A DNA stretch of 64,000 bases from Akkermansia muciniphila (GTDB taxonomy: Bacteria; Verrucomicrobiota; Verrucomicrobiia; Verrucomicrobiales; Verrucomicrobiaceae): the NCBI GenBank assembly GCA_945882215.1, contig CAMCWM010000007.1:992-64991 (forward strand). The letters run 5' to 3'. Of this stretch, positions 31,719-39,970 are shown piece after piece. The notes under the pieces were generated by a model, which was not told the DNA's origin, made no database searches, and saw only the letters and a program-made list of their open reading frames with translations. Made by a program: the position numbers and the translations under genes. Positions within the stretch are counted from its first letter, which is position 1; each line of letters begins with the position of its first letter.

Positions 31719-33203
31719 ATGTCCCCTTTTGAAAAACATCTCATGCAAACCCGCCGCGATTTCCTCGCGACGAGTTCGTGCGGGTTGGGGACGCTCGCGT
31801 TGGCATCGCTATTGAAGCAGGACGGCCTGCTGGCGGAGGATGCGAGCCTTCCGGCGAATCCGCTATCGACTCGGGTGTCGCATTTCGCGCCGAAGGCGGA
31901 GCGCTGCATCTTCATCTTCCTCGAAGGCGGGCCGTCGCAGATGGACCTCTTTGATCCGAAGCCGCTGCTCAACAAATACGACGGCCAGCCGTTGCCCGAC
32001 TCGATCGTGGGCAATGCAAAGTTCGCCTTCTTGCAAAAAGAATCGGCCACGGTGATGGGCACAAGCCGTGTGTTCAAAAAGCACGGCCAGTGCGGCATGG
32101 AGATCAGCGATTTGCTGCCGCACATCGCGACATGCGCGGATGACATCGCCTTGATCCGCTCGATGCACACAACGCAGTTCAACCACCTTCCAGGCCAGCT
32201 CATGCTGAACTGCGGCGCGGCCTTGCTCGGGCGTCCGAGCGTCGGTTCGTGGGTGACGTATGGCCTTGGCAATGCCTCGCAGGAGCTGCCATCCTATGTC
32301 GTGATGGTCAGCAAAGGTCGCGGCTTGCCTGGTGGCAGCTCCACATGGTCGAGTGGCTTTTTGCCATCGTCATATGGCGGCGTGATGTTTCGCAACGGAG
32401 CCTCGCCCGTTTTGAATCTGGCCAACCCCGACGGCATCACGCCGGAGATGCAATCGGCGAGCATCCGTGCGCTCAATGATTTGAATCGCCTCCAACACAA
32501 GCACATCGGCGATCCCGAGATCGCCGCACGGATCAACAGCTACGAACTCGCCTTTCGCATGCAAAGTTCGGCACCCGAATTGGTCGATCTCAGTGGCGAA
32601 TCGCAGGCCACGCTCGACGCCTACGGTGTGAATCGCATCGAGCCGCCGATCAAGAGTAACCTCGGCGGCATCGGCAACTACCAGACCTTCTCGCGCCACT
32701 GTTTGAATGCGCGACGCATGGTCGAGCGCGGTGTGCGCTTCGTGAATATCATCCACGCCTCATGGGATCATCACAGTGCGCTCGATCCCCAGCTCGCGCA
32801 CAATTGCCAGATGGTCGATCAACCCATCGCCGCGCTGCTGAAGGATCTGAAACAGCGCGGTCTGCTCGACACCACGCTAGTCGTGTGGGGCAGCGAGTTC
32901 GGCCGCACTGCGCTCGGCGAAAACCGCAAGGGCTTCAAGAAGGTCACCGGCCGCGATCATCATCCCGCCGCGTTCAGTTTATGGATGGCTGGCGGCGGCA
33001 TCAAAGGCGGCCAGGTCCATGGCGAGACCGACGACTTCGCCTGGCACGTCGCACGTGACCCTGTGTCGATGCACGACTTCCACGCCACGATTCTGCATCT
33101 CTTCGGCCTCGATCACAACAAGCTCAGCTACCGCTTCCAAGGCCTCGACTTCCGCCTCACCGGTGTGAATCCGGCGAAGGTGATGAAGGGGCTGATTGCG
33201 TAG
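31719..33203 (+). CDS. DUF1501 domain protein (GRDHHP subtype), Tat-type signal
   Basis: [62 protein letters not shown]. It starts 5 nt after the preceding DUF1501 gene. Confidence 0.9.
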   Translation: MSPFEKHLMQTRRDFLATSSCGLGTLALASLLKQDGLLAEDASLPANPLSTRVSHFAPKAERCIFIFLEGGPSQMDLFDPKPLLNKYDGQPLPDSIVGNAKFAFLQKESATVMGTSRVFKKHGQCGMEISDLLPHIATCADDIALIRSMHTTQFNHLPGQLMLNCGAALLGRPSVGSWVTYGLGNASQELPSYVVMVSKGRGLPGGSSTWSSGFLPSSYGGVMFRNGASPVLNLANPDGITPEMQSASIRALNDLNRLQHKHIGDPEIAARINSYELAFRMQSSAPELVDLSGESQATLDAYGVNRIEPPIKSNLGGIGNYQTFSRHCLNARRMVERGVRFVNIIHASWDHHSALDPQLAHNCQMVDQPIAALLKDLKQRGLLDTTLVVWGSEFGRTALGENRKGFKKVTGRDHHPAAFSLWMAGGGIKGGQVHGETDDFAWHVARDPVSMHDFHATILHLFGLDHNKLSYRFQGLDFRLTGVNPAKVMKGLIA

Positions 33204-33223
33204 CTTCGATCGGTAATCGAAGC
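33203..33223. repeat. Hairpin repeat copy 1: GCTTCGAT-cggta-ATCGAAGC (context GCGTAGCTTCGAT..ATCGAAGCCTTG)
   Basis: Read directly from the sequence. The 8-bp perfect stem begins on the last base of the DUF1501 stop codon. A near-identical copy lies at 33952-33973. Confidence 0.85.
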
Positions 33224-33231
33224 CTTGCTCC

Positions 33232-33260
33232 TTGACGAAATCACGGAATCCAGAGACAAT
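33232..33260 (+). promoter_or_regulatory. Candidate vapBC promoter TTGACG-N17-GACAAT
   Basis: The hexamers lie at 33232-33237 and 33255-33260. The -10 element ends 6 nt before the vapB ATG, so the transcript would be leaderless or nearly so. This rests on a pattern match only. Confidence 0.25.
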
Positions 33261-33266
33261 CCGTGC

Positions 33267-33533
33267 ATGACGTATTCATCCACGCTGACCTCAAAGAACC
33301 AGACCACCCTGCCCAAGGCCATCGCTTTGCTGCTCGGGGCGAGTCCTCCAGCCAAACTTTCTTATGAGGTGATGGATGACGGTAAAGTGCTCCTCAGCGC
33401 CAAGTCCTCGACGTTCAAGGACCTTTCAGACAGCTTCCCGAAAAAGAAACCAGTCAAACCGGTGACGATTGAGGATATGCGGAAAGCTGTCGCAACCGGA
33501 GCGGCGAAACGTTTCAAGAAAGCCGTGCGATGA
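33267..33533 (+). CDS. vapB: AbrB/SpoVT-fold type II antitoxin (VapB-like)
   Basis: MTYSSTLTSKNQTTLPKAIALLLG has the looped-hinge-helix pattern S-K-x-Q-x-T-hPK. It is 88 aa, and its stop overlaps the PIN gene start (ATGA). The track start at 33225 is a TTG, which I judged less likely. Confidence 0.78.
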   Translation: MTYSSTLTSKNQTTLPKAIALLLGASPPAKLSYEVMDDGKVLLSAKSSTFKDLSDSFPKKKPVKPVTIEDMRKAVATGAAKRFKKAVR

Positions 33534-33922
33534 CCGGTCTCGACACCAACGTGCTCGTCCGCTACCTCGCCCAGGACGATGAGGCGCAGTTGCGTGGCGT
33601 GCTCGCCATGCTTTTGAAGAAGAATGCGACCTTCTTCGTGCCTGACATCGTTCTCGTGGAGGTCGATTGGGTGCTGGATTCACTTTATGACTGGACGGCT
33701 GACGAAGTCGCCGAAGCCTTCGGGCGATTGCTAACCGTTCACAATCTCATCTTCGAAGATGAAGGCCGCATTCGCGGCGCTTTGCGTGCACTGCGGCAAG
33801 GCGCCGATCTGTCCGACGAACTGATCGTGGATCGCTGTCGTGATGTGGGCTGCAAGGCGCTGGCCACTTTCGACAAAGGAATCGTCAAAAGGCATCGCGG
33901 ATTCGCCATCACACCGCAATAG
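33530..33922 (+). CDS. vapC: PIN-domain ribonuclease toxin (VapC)
   Basis: MTGLDTNVLVRYL (Asp5), VLVEV (Glu) and C-terminal acidic residues DELIVD..ATFD. It is 130 aa. Confidence 0.88.
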   Translation: MTGLDTNVLVRYLAQDDEAQLRGVLAMLLKKNATFFVPDIVLVEVDWVLDSLYDWTADEVAEAFGRLLTVHNLIFEDEGRIRGALRALRQGADLSDELIVDRCRDVGCKALATFDKGIVKRHRGFAITPQ

Positions 33923-33951
33923 GCTCCGGCTCACCATCTGCGACTGGTGTA

Positions 33952-33973
33952 GCTTCGATTGGCAAATCGAAGC
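33952..33973. repeat. Hairpin repeat copy 2: GCTTCGAT-tggcaa-ATCGAAGC (context GTGTAGCTTCGAT..ATCGAAGCCTGG)
   Basis: Read directly from the sequence. It lies 29 nt after the vapC stop and has the same 8-bp stem and flanking bases as copy 1. Confidence 0.85.
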
Positions 33974-34017
33974 CTGGATCGAGCGCAAAACATCGCTTCA
34001 GCACGCGTAATGTCCGG

Positions 34018-35829
34018 GTGCCAAACGCATCGTTCCAACTCATCGCCACCTCACTCCTGCTCTGCATCATCACGCAGGCGGCGGAGCCTGTGGTGATTGA
34101 TTGGGCGAAGGCACGCCAGCACTGGTCCTTTGTGCCGCCGAAGGCACGGGCCTTGCCAAAGGTGAAGGACACCGCTTGGCCGCGTGCGCGTGTGGATCAC
34201 TTCATCCTCGCGAGCATGGAGGCAAAGGAACTCACACCTTCAGGCGAAGCCGATGCGAGGACGTTGATCCGCCGTGTGACTTTTGATCTCACGGGTCTGC
34301 CGCCAACACCGGAGGAAGTGCGGGCCTTTGTGAATGACTCGCATCCCGATGCGTATGCGCGGCTGGTGGATGATTTGCTCGGCCGACGGGCCTTCGGCGA
34401 ACGCCTGGCCAGTGTGTGGCTGAATCTCGCGCGCTATGCTGAGGATCAGGCGCATCAGGTGGGTGGTAACTCGTCGCTCAACTACCCGAACGCGTGGCGC
34501 TATCGCGACTGGGTCATCGCGGCCTTCAATGCCGACCTGCCTTACGATGCGTTCATCGAGAAGCAACTCGCGGTCGATTTGATCGAGCCGCAAAACAAAG
34601 CGGACCTAGCCGCGCTCGGTTTTCTCGGCCTCGGGCACAAGCTGTATGCGCGCAGCCGGCTCGATGTGCAGGCGGAGGAGTGGTCGGAGCAGGTGGACAC
34701 CGTTTCGCAGACCTTCCTCGGTCTCACCGTGGCCTGCGCACGCTGCCACGATCACAAGTTCGATCCGATCACGGCCCGCGATTACTACGCGATGGCCGGT
34801 GTCTTCGCCTCGGTGCAGATGGTGAACCTGCGGCCCGATGGCAAGGAGGAGGACAGCAAAACATTGGCCGACAAGATGGACCCCGGCACCCTGCACGTCG
34901 TGCGTGATCTCAAGCCGCACGATCTGCCCGTCTATGATCGCGGTGATATGGAGTCTCCAGGTGCCATGGCTCCGCGTGGCTGGTTGCAGGTGCTGAGCAA
35001 GGGTGAGCCGGCGAAGTTTCAGCAAGGCAGCGGTCGTGCGGAACTGGCCCGCCAGATCACCGATCCCGCCAATCCGCTCACGGCCCGCGTGATGGTGAAT
35101 CGCGTGTGGGACCTGCTCTTCGGCAAGCCCTTGGCACGCACCACGAGCAACTTCGGCGCGACGGGTGACAAGCCGACGCATCCTGAACTGCTCGACGATC
35201 TCGCCGTGCGTTTCATGCAGAACGGCTGGTCTTTGAAACATCTCATGCGCGAGTTGGTCAAGTCCGCCACCTATCGCCAAAGCAGCAGCGGCAGCGCCGC
35301 GAATGCGCAACTCGATGAGGCAAACGATCACTTCTGGCGCATGAACCGCCGCCAGCTCGGCATCGAGTCCTGGCGCGATTCCATCATGGCAGCCGCAGGC
35401 ACGCTCACGCTGGAAGGCGGCCCGTCACAGAGCCTCGACGCCCCCACGCATCATAAGCGCACGATCTACTCTCAGGTGAGCCGCCGCGAGCTGAATAAAA
35501 CGCTCATGCTCTTCGATTACCCGGATGCAAACGTCCACGCCGCACGCCGAAGCAACAGCACCACGCCCACGCAGAAGCTCTTCGTGATGAACAGCCCCTT
35601 CATCATCGAACAGTCGAAAAAACTGGCCCAGCGCCTCCAGCAAAGCGGCAGCGATGACACCTCACGCATCCACTTCGCCTACGAACTCCTCTTTGCCCGC
35701 GAACCCGAAGCTGAAGAACTCGCCATCGCCCAGGAATTTCTGAAACAACCCGCCGAGTCTTCACTCACTGCTTGGGAGCAGCTCGCGCAGGCTCTGCTGG
35801 CCACCAACGAAATGCTTTATGTGGACTGA
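34018..35829 (+). CDS. DUF1549 / DUF1553 (PSD1) protein without the N-terminal cytochrome-c-like domain
   Basis: It has a GTG start and a signal-like N-terminus. Motifs are FDLTGLPPTPEE, CARCHDHKFDP and VNRVWDLLFG. No CxxCH motif occurs near the N-terminus. Confidence 0.88.
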   Translation: MPNASFQLIATSLLLCIITQAAEPVVIDWAKARQHWSFVPPKARALPKVKDTAWPRARVDHFILASMEAKELTPSGEADARTLIRRVTFDLTGLPPTPEEVRAFVNDSHPDAYARLVDDLLGRRAFGERLASVWLNLARYAEDQAHQVGGNSSLNYPNAWRYRDWVIAAFNADLPYDAFIEKQLAVDLIEPQNKADLAALGFLGLGHKLYARSRLDVQAEEWSEQVDTVSQTFLGLTVACARCHDHKFDPITARDYYAMAGVFASVQMVNLRPDGKEEDSKTLADKMDPGTLHVVRDLKPHDLPVYDRGDMESPGAMAPRGWLQVLSKGEPAKFQQGSGRAELARQITDPANPLTARVMVNRVWDLLFGKPLARTTSNFGATGDKPTHPELLDDLAVRFMQNGWSLKHLMRELVKSATYRQSSSGSAANAQLDEANDHFWRMNRRQLGIESWRDSIMAAAGTLTLEGGPSQSLDAPTHHKRTIYSQVSRRELNKTLMLFDYPDANVHAARRSNSTTPTQKLFVMNSPFIIEQSKKLAQRLQQSGSDDTSRIHFAYELLFAREPEAEELAIAQEFLKQPAESSLTAWEQLAQALLATNEMLYVD

Positions 35830-37231
35830 ACACAACCCAGCCCAGATGACCCGTCGTGATGCCCTCCACCGACTCTCGGCGGGCTTCGGCGCGATTGGCC
35901 TCGCGGGCATGATGGGATCGCAGGCGAACGCGGCGGTGAAGCAGCAGGTCACGCCGAAGGCGAAGCGCGTGATCTTCCTGTTCATGAACGGAGCGCCGTC
36001 GCACATCGACACGTTCGATCCGAAGCCAGCGCTGAAGAAATACGAAGGCCAGCAACCGTCGGGCAAGCTTTACCGCGCACCGAAGACCAGCGGCTTCATG
36101 TCGTCGCCGCTGCGATTTGAAAAACGCGGCCAAAGCGGCATTGAGGTGAGCGAAAGTCTGCCATCGCTGGGCAGCATCATCGATGATTGCTGCGTCATCC
36201 GCTCCATGCACACAAACGTTCCGAATCACGAGCCAGCGCTGCTCATGATGAACACGGGCAACATCCAGCCGATCCGCCCCTCGCTCGGCTCGTGGGTACT
36301 GTATGGACTTGGCAGCGAGAATGAAAACCTGCCCGGCTTTGTCGTGCTGCGGCCCACGCCGAACATCGTGGTGGGACCGGCCTTGTGGAGCAATTCCTTC
36401 CTGCCCGCCGAATACCAGGCCACGGGCGTCATCACCTCCGACATGAGCGTTGATAAACTCGTCGCCAACGTGCGCAACTCCGTGCTCGCTCCCGCGCAGC
36501 AGCGACGGCAGATCGATCTCATTCAAAAGCTCAATCACCTCCACGCTGCGAAGCGTGAGCACGACACGGCGCTCGAAGGCCAGATCAAGGCCATGGAGAC
36601 CGCTTACCGCATGCAAAGCGCCGCCAGCGATGCCTTCGATATCAGCCGCGAGCCCGCGAAGATGCGCGAGCTGTATGGCGACACTCCGTTTGGCCGCTCC
36701 TGCCTGCTCGCGCGTCGCCTCGCCGAGTCCGGCGTGCGCTACATCAGCGTCTATTACACCAGCAGCAACAACCAGCCCTGGGACACTCATAGCGACCACT
36801 ACAAGCGCCACCCCGAACTCTGCGCCGACAGTGACCGCGCCTCCGCCGCACTCATCAGCGATCTCAAACAGCGCGGCCTGCTCGATGACACCCTCGTCGT
36901 CTGGACCGGCGAGTTCGGTCGCACGCCTTACTCGCAGGAAACCGAGGACAAGAACAAGAAGACCGATCTCATGAAGCGAGGTCGCGATCATCATCACACC
37001 GCTTTCAGCACGCTCCTCGCTGGTGGCGGCATCAAAGGCGGCCTCGCGTATGGAACCTCTGACGAACTCGGCATGAACGCCGAGGAAAACAAAGTCCACG
37101 TCCACGATCTGCACGCCACCATCCTGCATCAGCTAGGTCTCGATCACGAAAAGCTCACCTACCGCTACGCTGGTCGCGATTTCCGCCTCACCGATGTCTA
37201 TGGCGACGTGGTGCATGACATCATTGCATGA
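35819..37231 (+). CDS. DUF1501 domain protein (GRDHHH subtype), Tat-type signal
   Basis: [65 protein letters not shown]. It overlaps the upstream gene by 11 nt. Confidence 0.9.
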   Translation: MWTEHNPAQMTRRDALHRLSAGFGAIGLAGMMGSQANAAVKQQVTPKAKRVIFLFMNGAPSHIDTFDPKPALKKYEGQQPSGKLYRAPKTSGFMSSPLRFEKRGQSGIEVSESLPSLGSIIDDCCVIRSMHTNVPNHEPALLMMNTGNIQPIRPSLGSWVLYGLGSENENLPGFVVLRPTPNIVVGPALWSNSFLPAEYQATGVITSDMSVDKLVANVRNSVLAPAQQRRQIDLIQKLNHLHAAKREHDTALEGQIKAMETAYRMQSAASDAFDISREPAKMRELYGDTPFGRSCLLARRLAESGVRYISVYYTSSNNQPWDTHSDHYKRHPELCADSDRASAALISDLKQRGLLDDTLVVWTGEFGRTPYSQETEDKNKKTDLMKRGRDHHHTAFSTLLAGGGIKGGLAYGTSDELGMNAEENKVHVHDLHATILHQLGLDHEKLTYRYAGRDFRLTDVYGDVVHDIIA

Positions 37232-38754
37232 AGCGCCTGCTCATCCTCCTCTGTCTGCTCTCATCATTCGCGGCAGCGGCACCACGCCCAAACATCATCG
37301 TCATTCTGGCCGATGACATGGGCTTCTCCGATCTTGGCTGCTACGGCGGCGAGATCCAGACGCCGAATCTCGACAAACTGGCCGCCGAGGGCATGCGCTT
37401 CTCGCAGTTCTACAACTGCGCCTTGTGCGGTCCCTCACGTGCGGCGCTGATGACGGGCCTGCATCCGCATCAGGTCGGCATGACGCAGTGGACCGGGCTG
37501 CTCACGAACAACTGCGTGACGATGTTTGAGGTGCTGAAACGCGCCGATTACACGACTTGCGCCGTGGGGCGGCTCGACATGCTCACGGCGGAGGACTGGC
37601 ATGATCCGCAAAACCTCTCGCATCATGTGGATCGCTACTTTGGCACCACCGGGCATCAAGGACCGGGCAACTACTTCGCCAACACCCGCAACACCGCCTT
37701 CTACCGCGATGGAAAGCCCTACACGGTCCCCGACGGCGGCTACAAGACCAACCTCATCACCGATTTCACCATCGAGTTCCTCCAGCAGCGCGACCAAGCG
37801 AAGCCCTTCCTGCTCTACATGAGCCATTACGCGCCGCACTGGCCGCTGCATGCGAAGGAGGCCGACATCGCGAAGTATCGGAAGCTCTATCGCGATCTTG
37901 GCTGGGATGCCGCGCGCGAGCAGCGGCTGAAGCGCCTCATTGAAAACGGTATCCTGCCTGCCGACACGAAACTCTCGCCGCGCGAAGCTCGTGCAGCCGC
38001 ATGGAGTGAAGCGGAGAATCTCGACTGGGAGGCGGAGCGCATGGCCGTCTTTGCCGCGCAGATCGACTGCCTCGATCAAAGCGTGGGGCGCGTGATGGAG
38101 GCCGTGAGTGGCACCAACACGCTCGTCTTCTTCCTCAGTGATAATGGCGCGTCCGACAAGGCCGTGGGACAGCTCGACAAGCCGGGCCAAACCTGGCGTG
38201 CCGACGGCAAACGCACCCGTGTGGGCAACAAGCCTGACATCATGCCCGGTCCAGGCGACACCTTCGTCACCGCCGGTCCTGCCTGGGCCAATGTTTCCAA
38301 CTCGCCCTTCCGCGAGCACAAGCAGTCGAATCACGAAGGCGGCATCTCTTCGCCACTCATCGCCTGGTGGCCGGGAGTCGTGCCTGCGGGCAAAATCAGC
38401 CCCGAGGTCAGCCACATCACCGACATCACCGCGACCCTCTTCGATGTCGCCGGCCAGAATTATCCCACAGCCTTCGACAATCGCGTCGTGACGCCTATCG
38501 CAGGAAAATCGCTGCTGCCCGTGATCAAAGGCGGCGCACGGACCGGTCACGAGTCACTCTGCTGGGCCACCTCCGGCTGCAAAGCCGTGCGCATGGGCGA
38601 CTGGAAGCTCGTCGCGCTCCCAGGAAAGCCTTGGGAGCTTTACGATCTCAAGATGGATCGCACCGAACTCCATGATCTCGCTCCCCAGCAGCCCGAACGT
38701 GTCGCCACCATGGCGAAGGTGTTTGAGGCATGGCAGAAGAACGGAACTCCATGA
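37228..38754 (+). CDS. Exported arylsulfatase (formylglycine-dependent sulfatase family)
   Basis: The signal peptide is followed by PNIIVILADDMGFSDLGCYGG and the C-x-P-x-R site in YNCALCGPSRAALMTG. Its start overlaps the DUF1501 stop as ATGA. Confidence 0.9.
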   Translation: MKRLLILLCLLSSFAAAAPRPNIIVILADDMGFSDLGCYGGEIQTPNLDKLAAEGMRFSQFYNCALCGPSRAALMTGLHPHQVGMTQWTGLLTNNCVTMFEVLKRADYTTCAVGRLDMLTAEDWHDPQNLSHHVDRYFGTTGHQGPGNYFANTRNTAFYRDGKPYTVPDGGYKTNLITDFTIEFLQQRDQAKPFLLYMSHYAPHWPLHAKEADIAKYRKLYRDLGWDAAREQRLKRLIENGILPADTKLSPREARAAAWSEAENLDWEAERMAVFAAQIDCLDQSVGRVMEAVSGTNTLVFFLSDNGASDKAVGQLDKPGQTWRADGKRTRVGNKPDIMPGPGDTFVTAGPAWANVSNSPFREHKQSNHEGGISSPLIAWWPGVVPAGKISPEVSHITDITATLFDVAGQNYPTAFDNRVVTPIAGKSLLPVIKGGARTGHESLCWATSGCKAVRMGDWKLVALPGKPWELYDLKMDRTELHDLAPQQPERVATMAKVFEAWQKNGTP

Positions 38755-39320
38755 ATGCGGCGTTGATCAAGCTCCTGATTCTCGCCGTGCTATCAGGAGT
38801 CGCATGGCGTGCCGAGCTGGAGTGGCGTGGTGGATGGGCCGGCCTGACGTGGATCACCTACTTTCATTGGGCGATCCCGGTCTGCGGGCTGGCCTTCATC
38901 GCGTGGGTGGTGGGTTTGAAGCTGGTAAAGCACCCCGGGATGTTCGCGGCAGCGCTGGTTGGATTCTTCAGCTTGTCTTTCGTCTTCTTCGATCAGGCTG
39001 CGAGGTTGTGCTACAGCCGTTGGGTCGTTCTGCCGGGTCTAATGGAGGCGTTGCTTTGGGCGACACCAGTTTTCTGGGCGATGATACCGATCTTTTTCGG
39101 GGTGATCTGCCATGTTTTCGGTGTGCGGCTTGGATGGTGGCGGCTCGGGATTTCATCGGCGCTTTTTGTCATGAGTTGGCCACTCGCCATGGTGATTCTC
39201 GATCTGACAGGTCATCGCGGTGGGGCGGACGTCATTCATGCGCTCAAAAGCGGATTTGTGATCCCCCTTCTCATCGTCTCCCTCGGCTATCCGCTGCTGC
39301 ACCGTCCAACCAAGCATTGA
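38751..39320 (+). CDS. Polytopic membrane protein, function unknown
   Basis: It has 5-6 hydrophobic segments (LLILAVLSGVAW, WAIPVCGLAFIAWVVGL, AAALVGFFSLSFVFF and others). The start was trimmed to 38751, giving an ATGA overlap with the sulfatase stop. Confidence 0.62.
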   Translation: MNAALIKLLILAVLSGVAWRAELEWRGGWAGLTWITYFHWAIPVCGLAFIAWVVGLKLVKHPGMFAAALVGFFSLSFVFFDQAARLCYSRWVVLPGLMEALLWATPVFWAMIPIFFGVICHVFGVRLGWWRLGISSALFVMSWPLAMVILDLTGHRGGADVIHALKSGFVIPLLIVSLGYPLLHRPTKH

Positions 39321-39350
39321 ACTCCCTTTTGCGCTGCGTATCACCCGTCC

Positions 39351-39926
39351 ATGGCCTGGAGATTCGACAAAATGGTGATTCGCGGTGAGATCGACAACAC
39401 CGTGCGCGGGAGTGTGAGCGGCACGCTCTGGCTGCTCGGAAGCGAGCAGCCGATGACGCTGGATCTCGTGGGCGATGCGTGGCCGGACCTCGCCGGGTGC
39501 AAGCTGACGTTTGAAAACCCCAATCCCGTTCCGCAGCCGCAATACGACGAGGGGCTGGCGATGATCCAGACCGGCTCCGTGGGCGACATCACCGCGTCTC
39601 AGAAGCTCAAGAAGCTGCTGGTGCCCGAGGAGGTCTGGATGAAGGCGCTGGAAGAGAGACGTTTCCATGAAGTGCCCTGGGTGCTCTCCAATTCGCTCTA
39701 TCTCGAATGGTTCAGTGACCGCAACGGCCGCATCGTCATTCAAACCACCGACTATGTGCTCCATGTCTCCGAGCGTCAGTGGGAGCCGGATGCGGATGAG
39801 CAGGCCGCCCAGCAGGCCATCAACGAGGAAAACATGCGCGCCTTCATGGAAGATGCCGCGCGTGCGCTCGGCGGCGAGGATCTGGCGGATGAAGCCGAGG
39901 ATGAGGATGGCCTCAAACCGCATTGA
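39351..39926 (+). CDS. Cytoplasmic hypothetical protein with an acidic C-terminus
   Basis: MAWRFDKMVIRGEIDNTVRGSV...EDLADEAEDEDGLKPH. It has no signal peptide and I recognised no family. Confidence 0.55.
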   Translation: MAWRFDKMVIRGEIDNTVRGSVSGTLWLLGSEQPMTLDLVGDAWPDLAGCKLTFENPNPVPQPQYDEGLAMIQTGSVGDITASQKLKKLLVPEEVWMKALEERRFHEVPWVLSNSLYLEWFSDRNGRIVIQTTDYVLHVSERQWEPDADEQAAQQAINEENMRAFMEDAARALGGEDLADEAEDEDGLKPH

Positions 39927-39970
39927 TCCATCGTGCCGCAAGGGGCGGGTTTGGAGAGCGTTTGGGCATC

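Noticed and set aside
33225-33266. The TTG-initiated N-terminal extension of the vapB ORF (MLLDEITESRDNPC).
   Set aside because: AbrB/SpoVT-type antitoxins begin directly with the beta-strand motif found after the ATG at 33267. The extension would also run through the candidate promoter, although the alternative start cannot be excluded without data.
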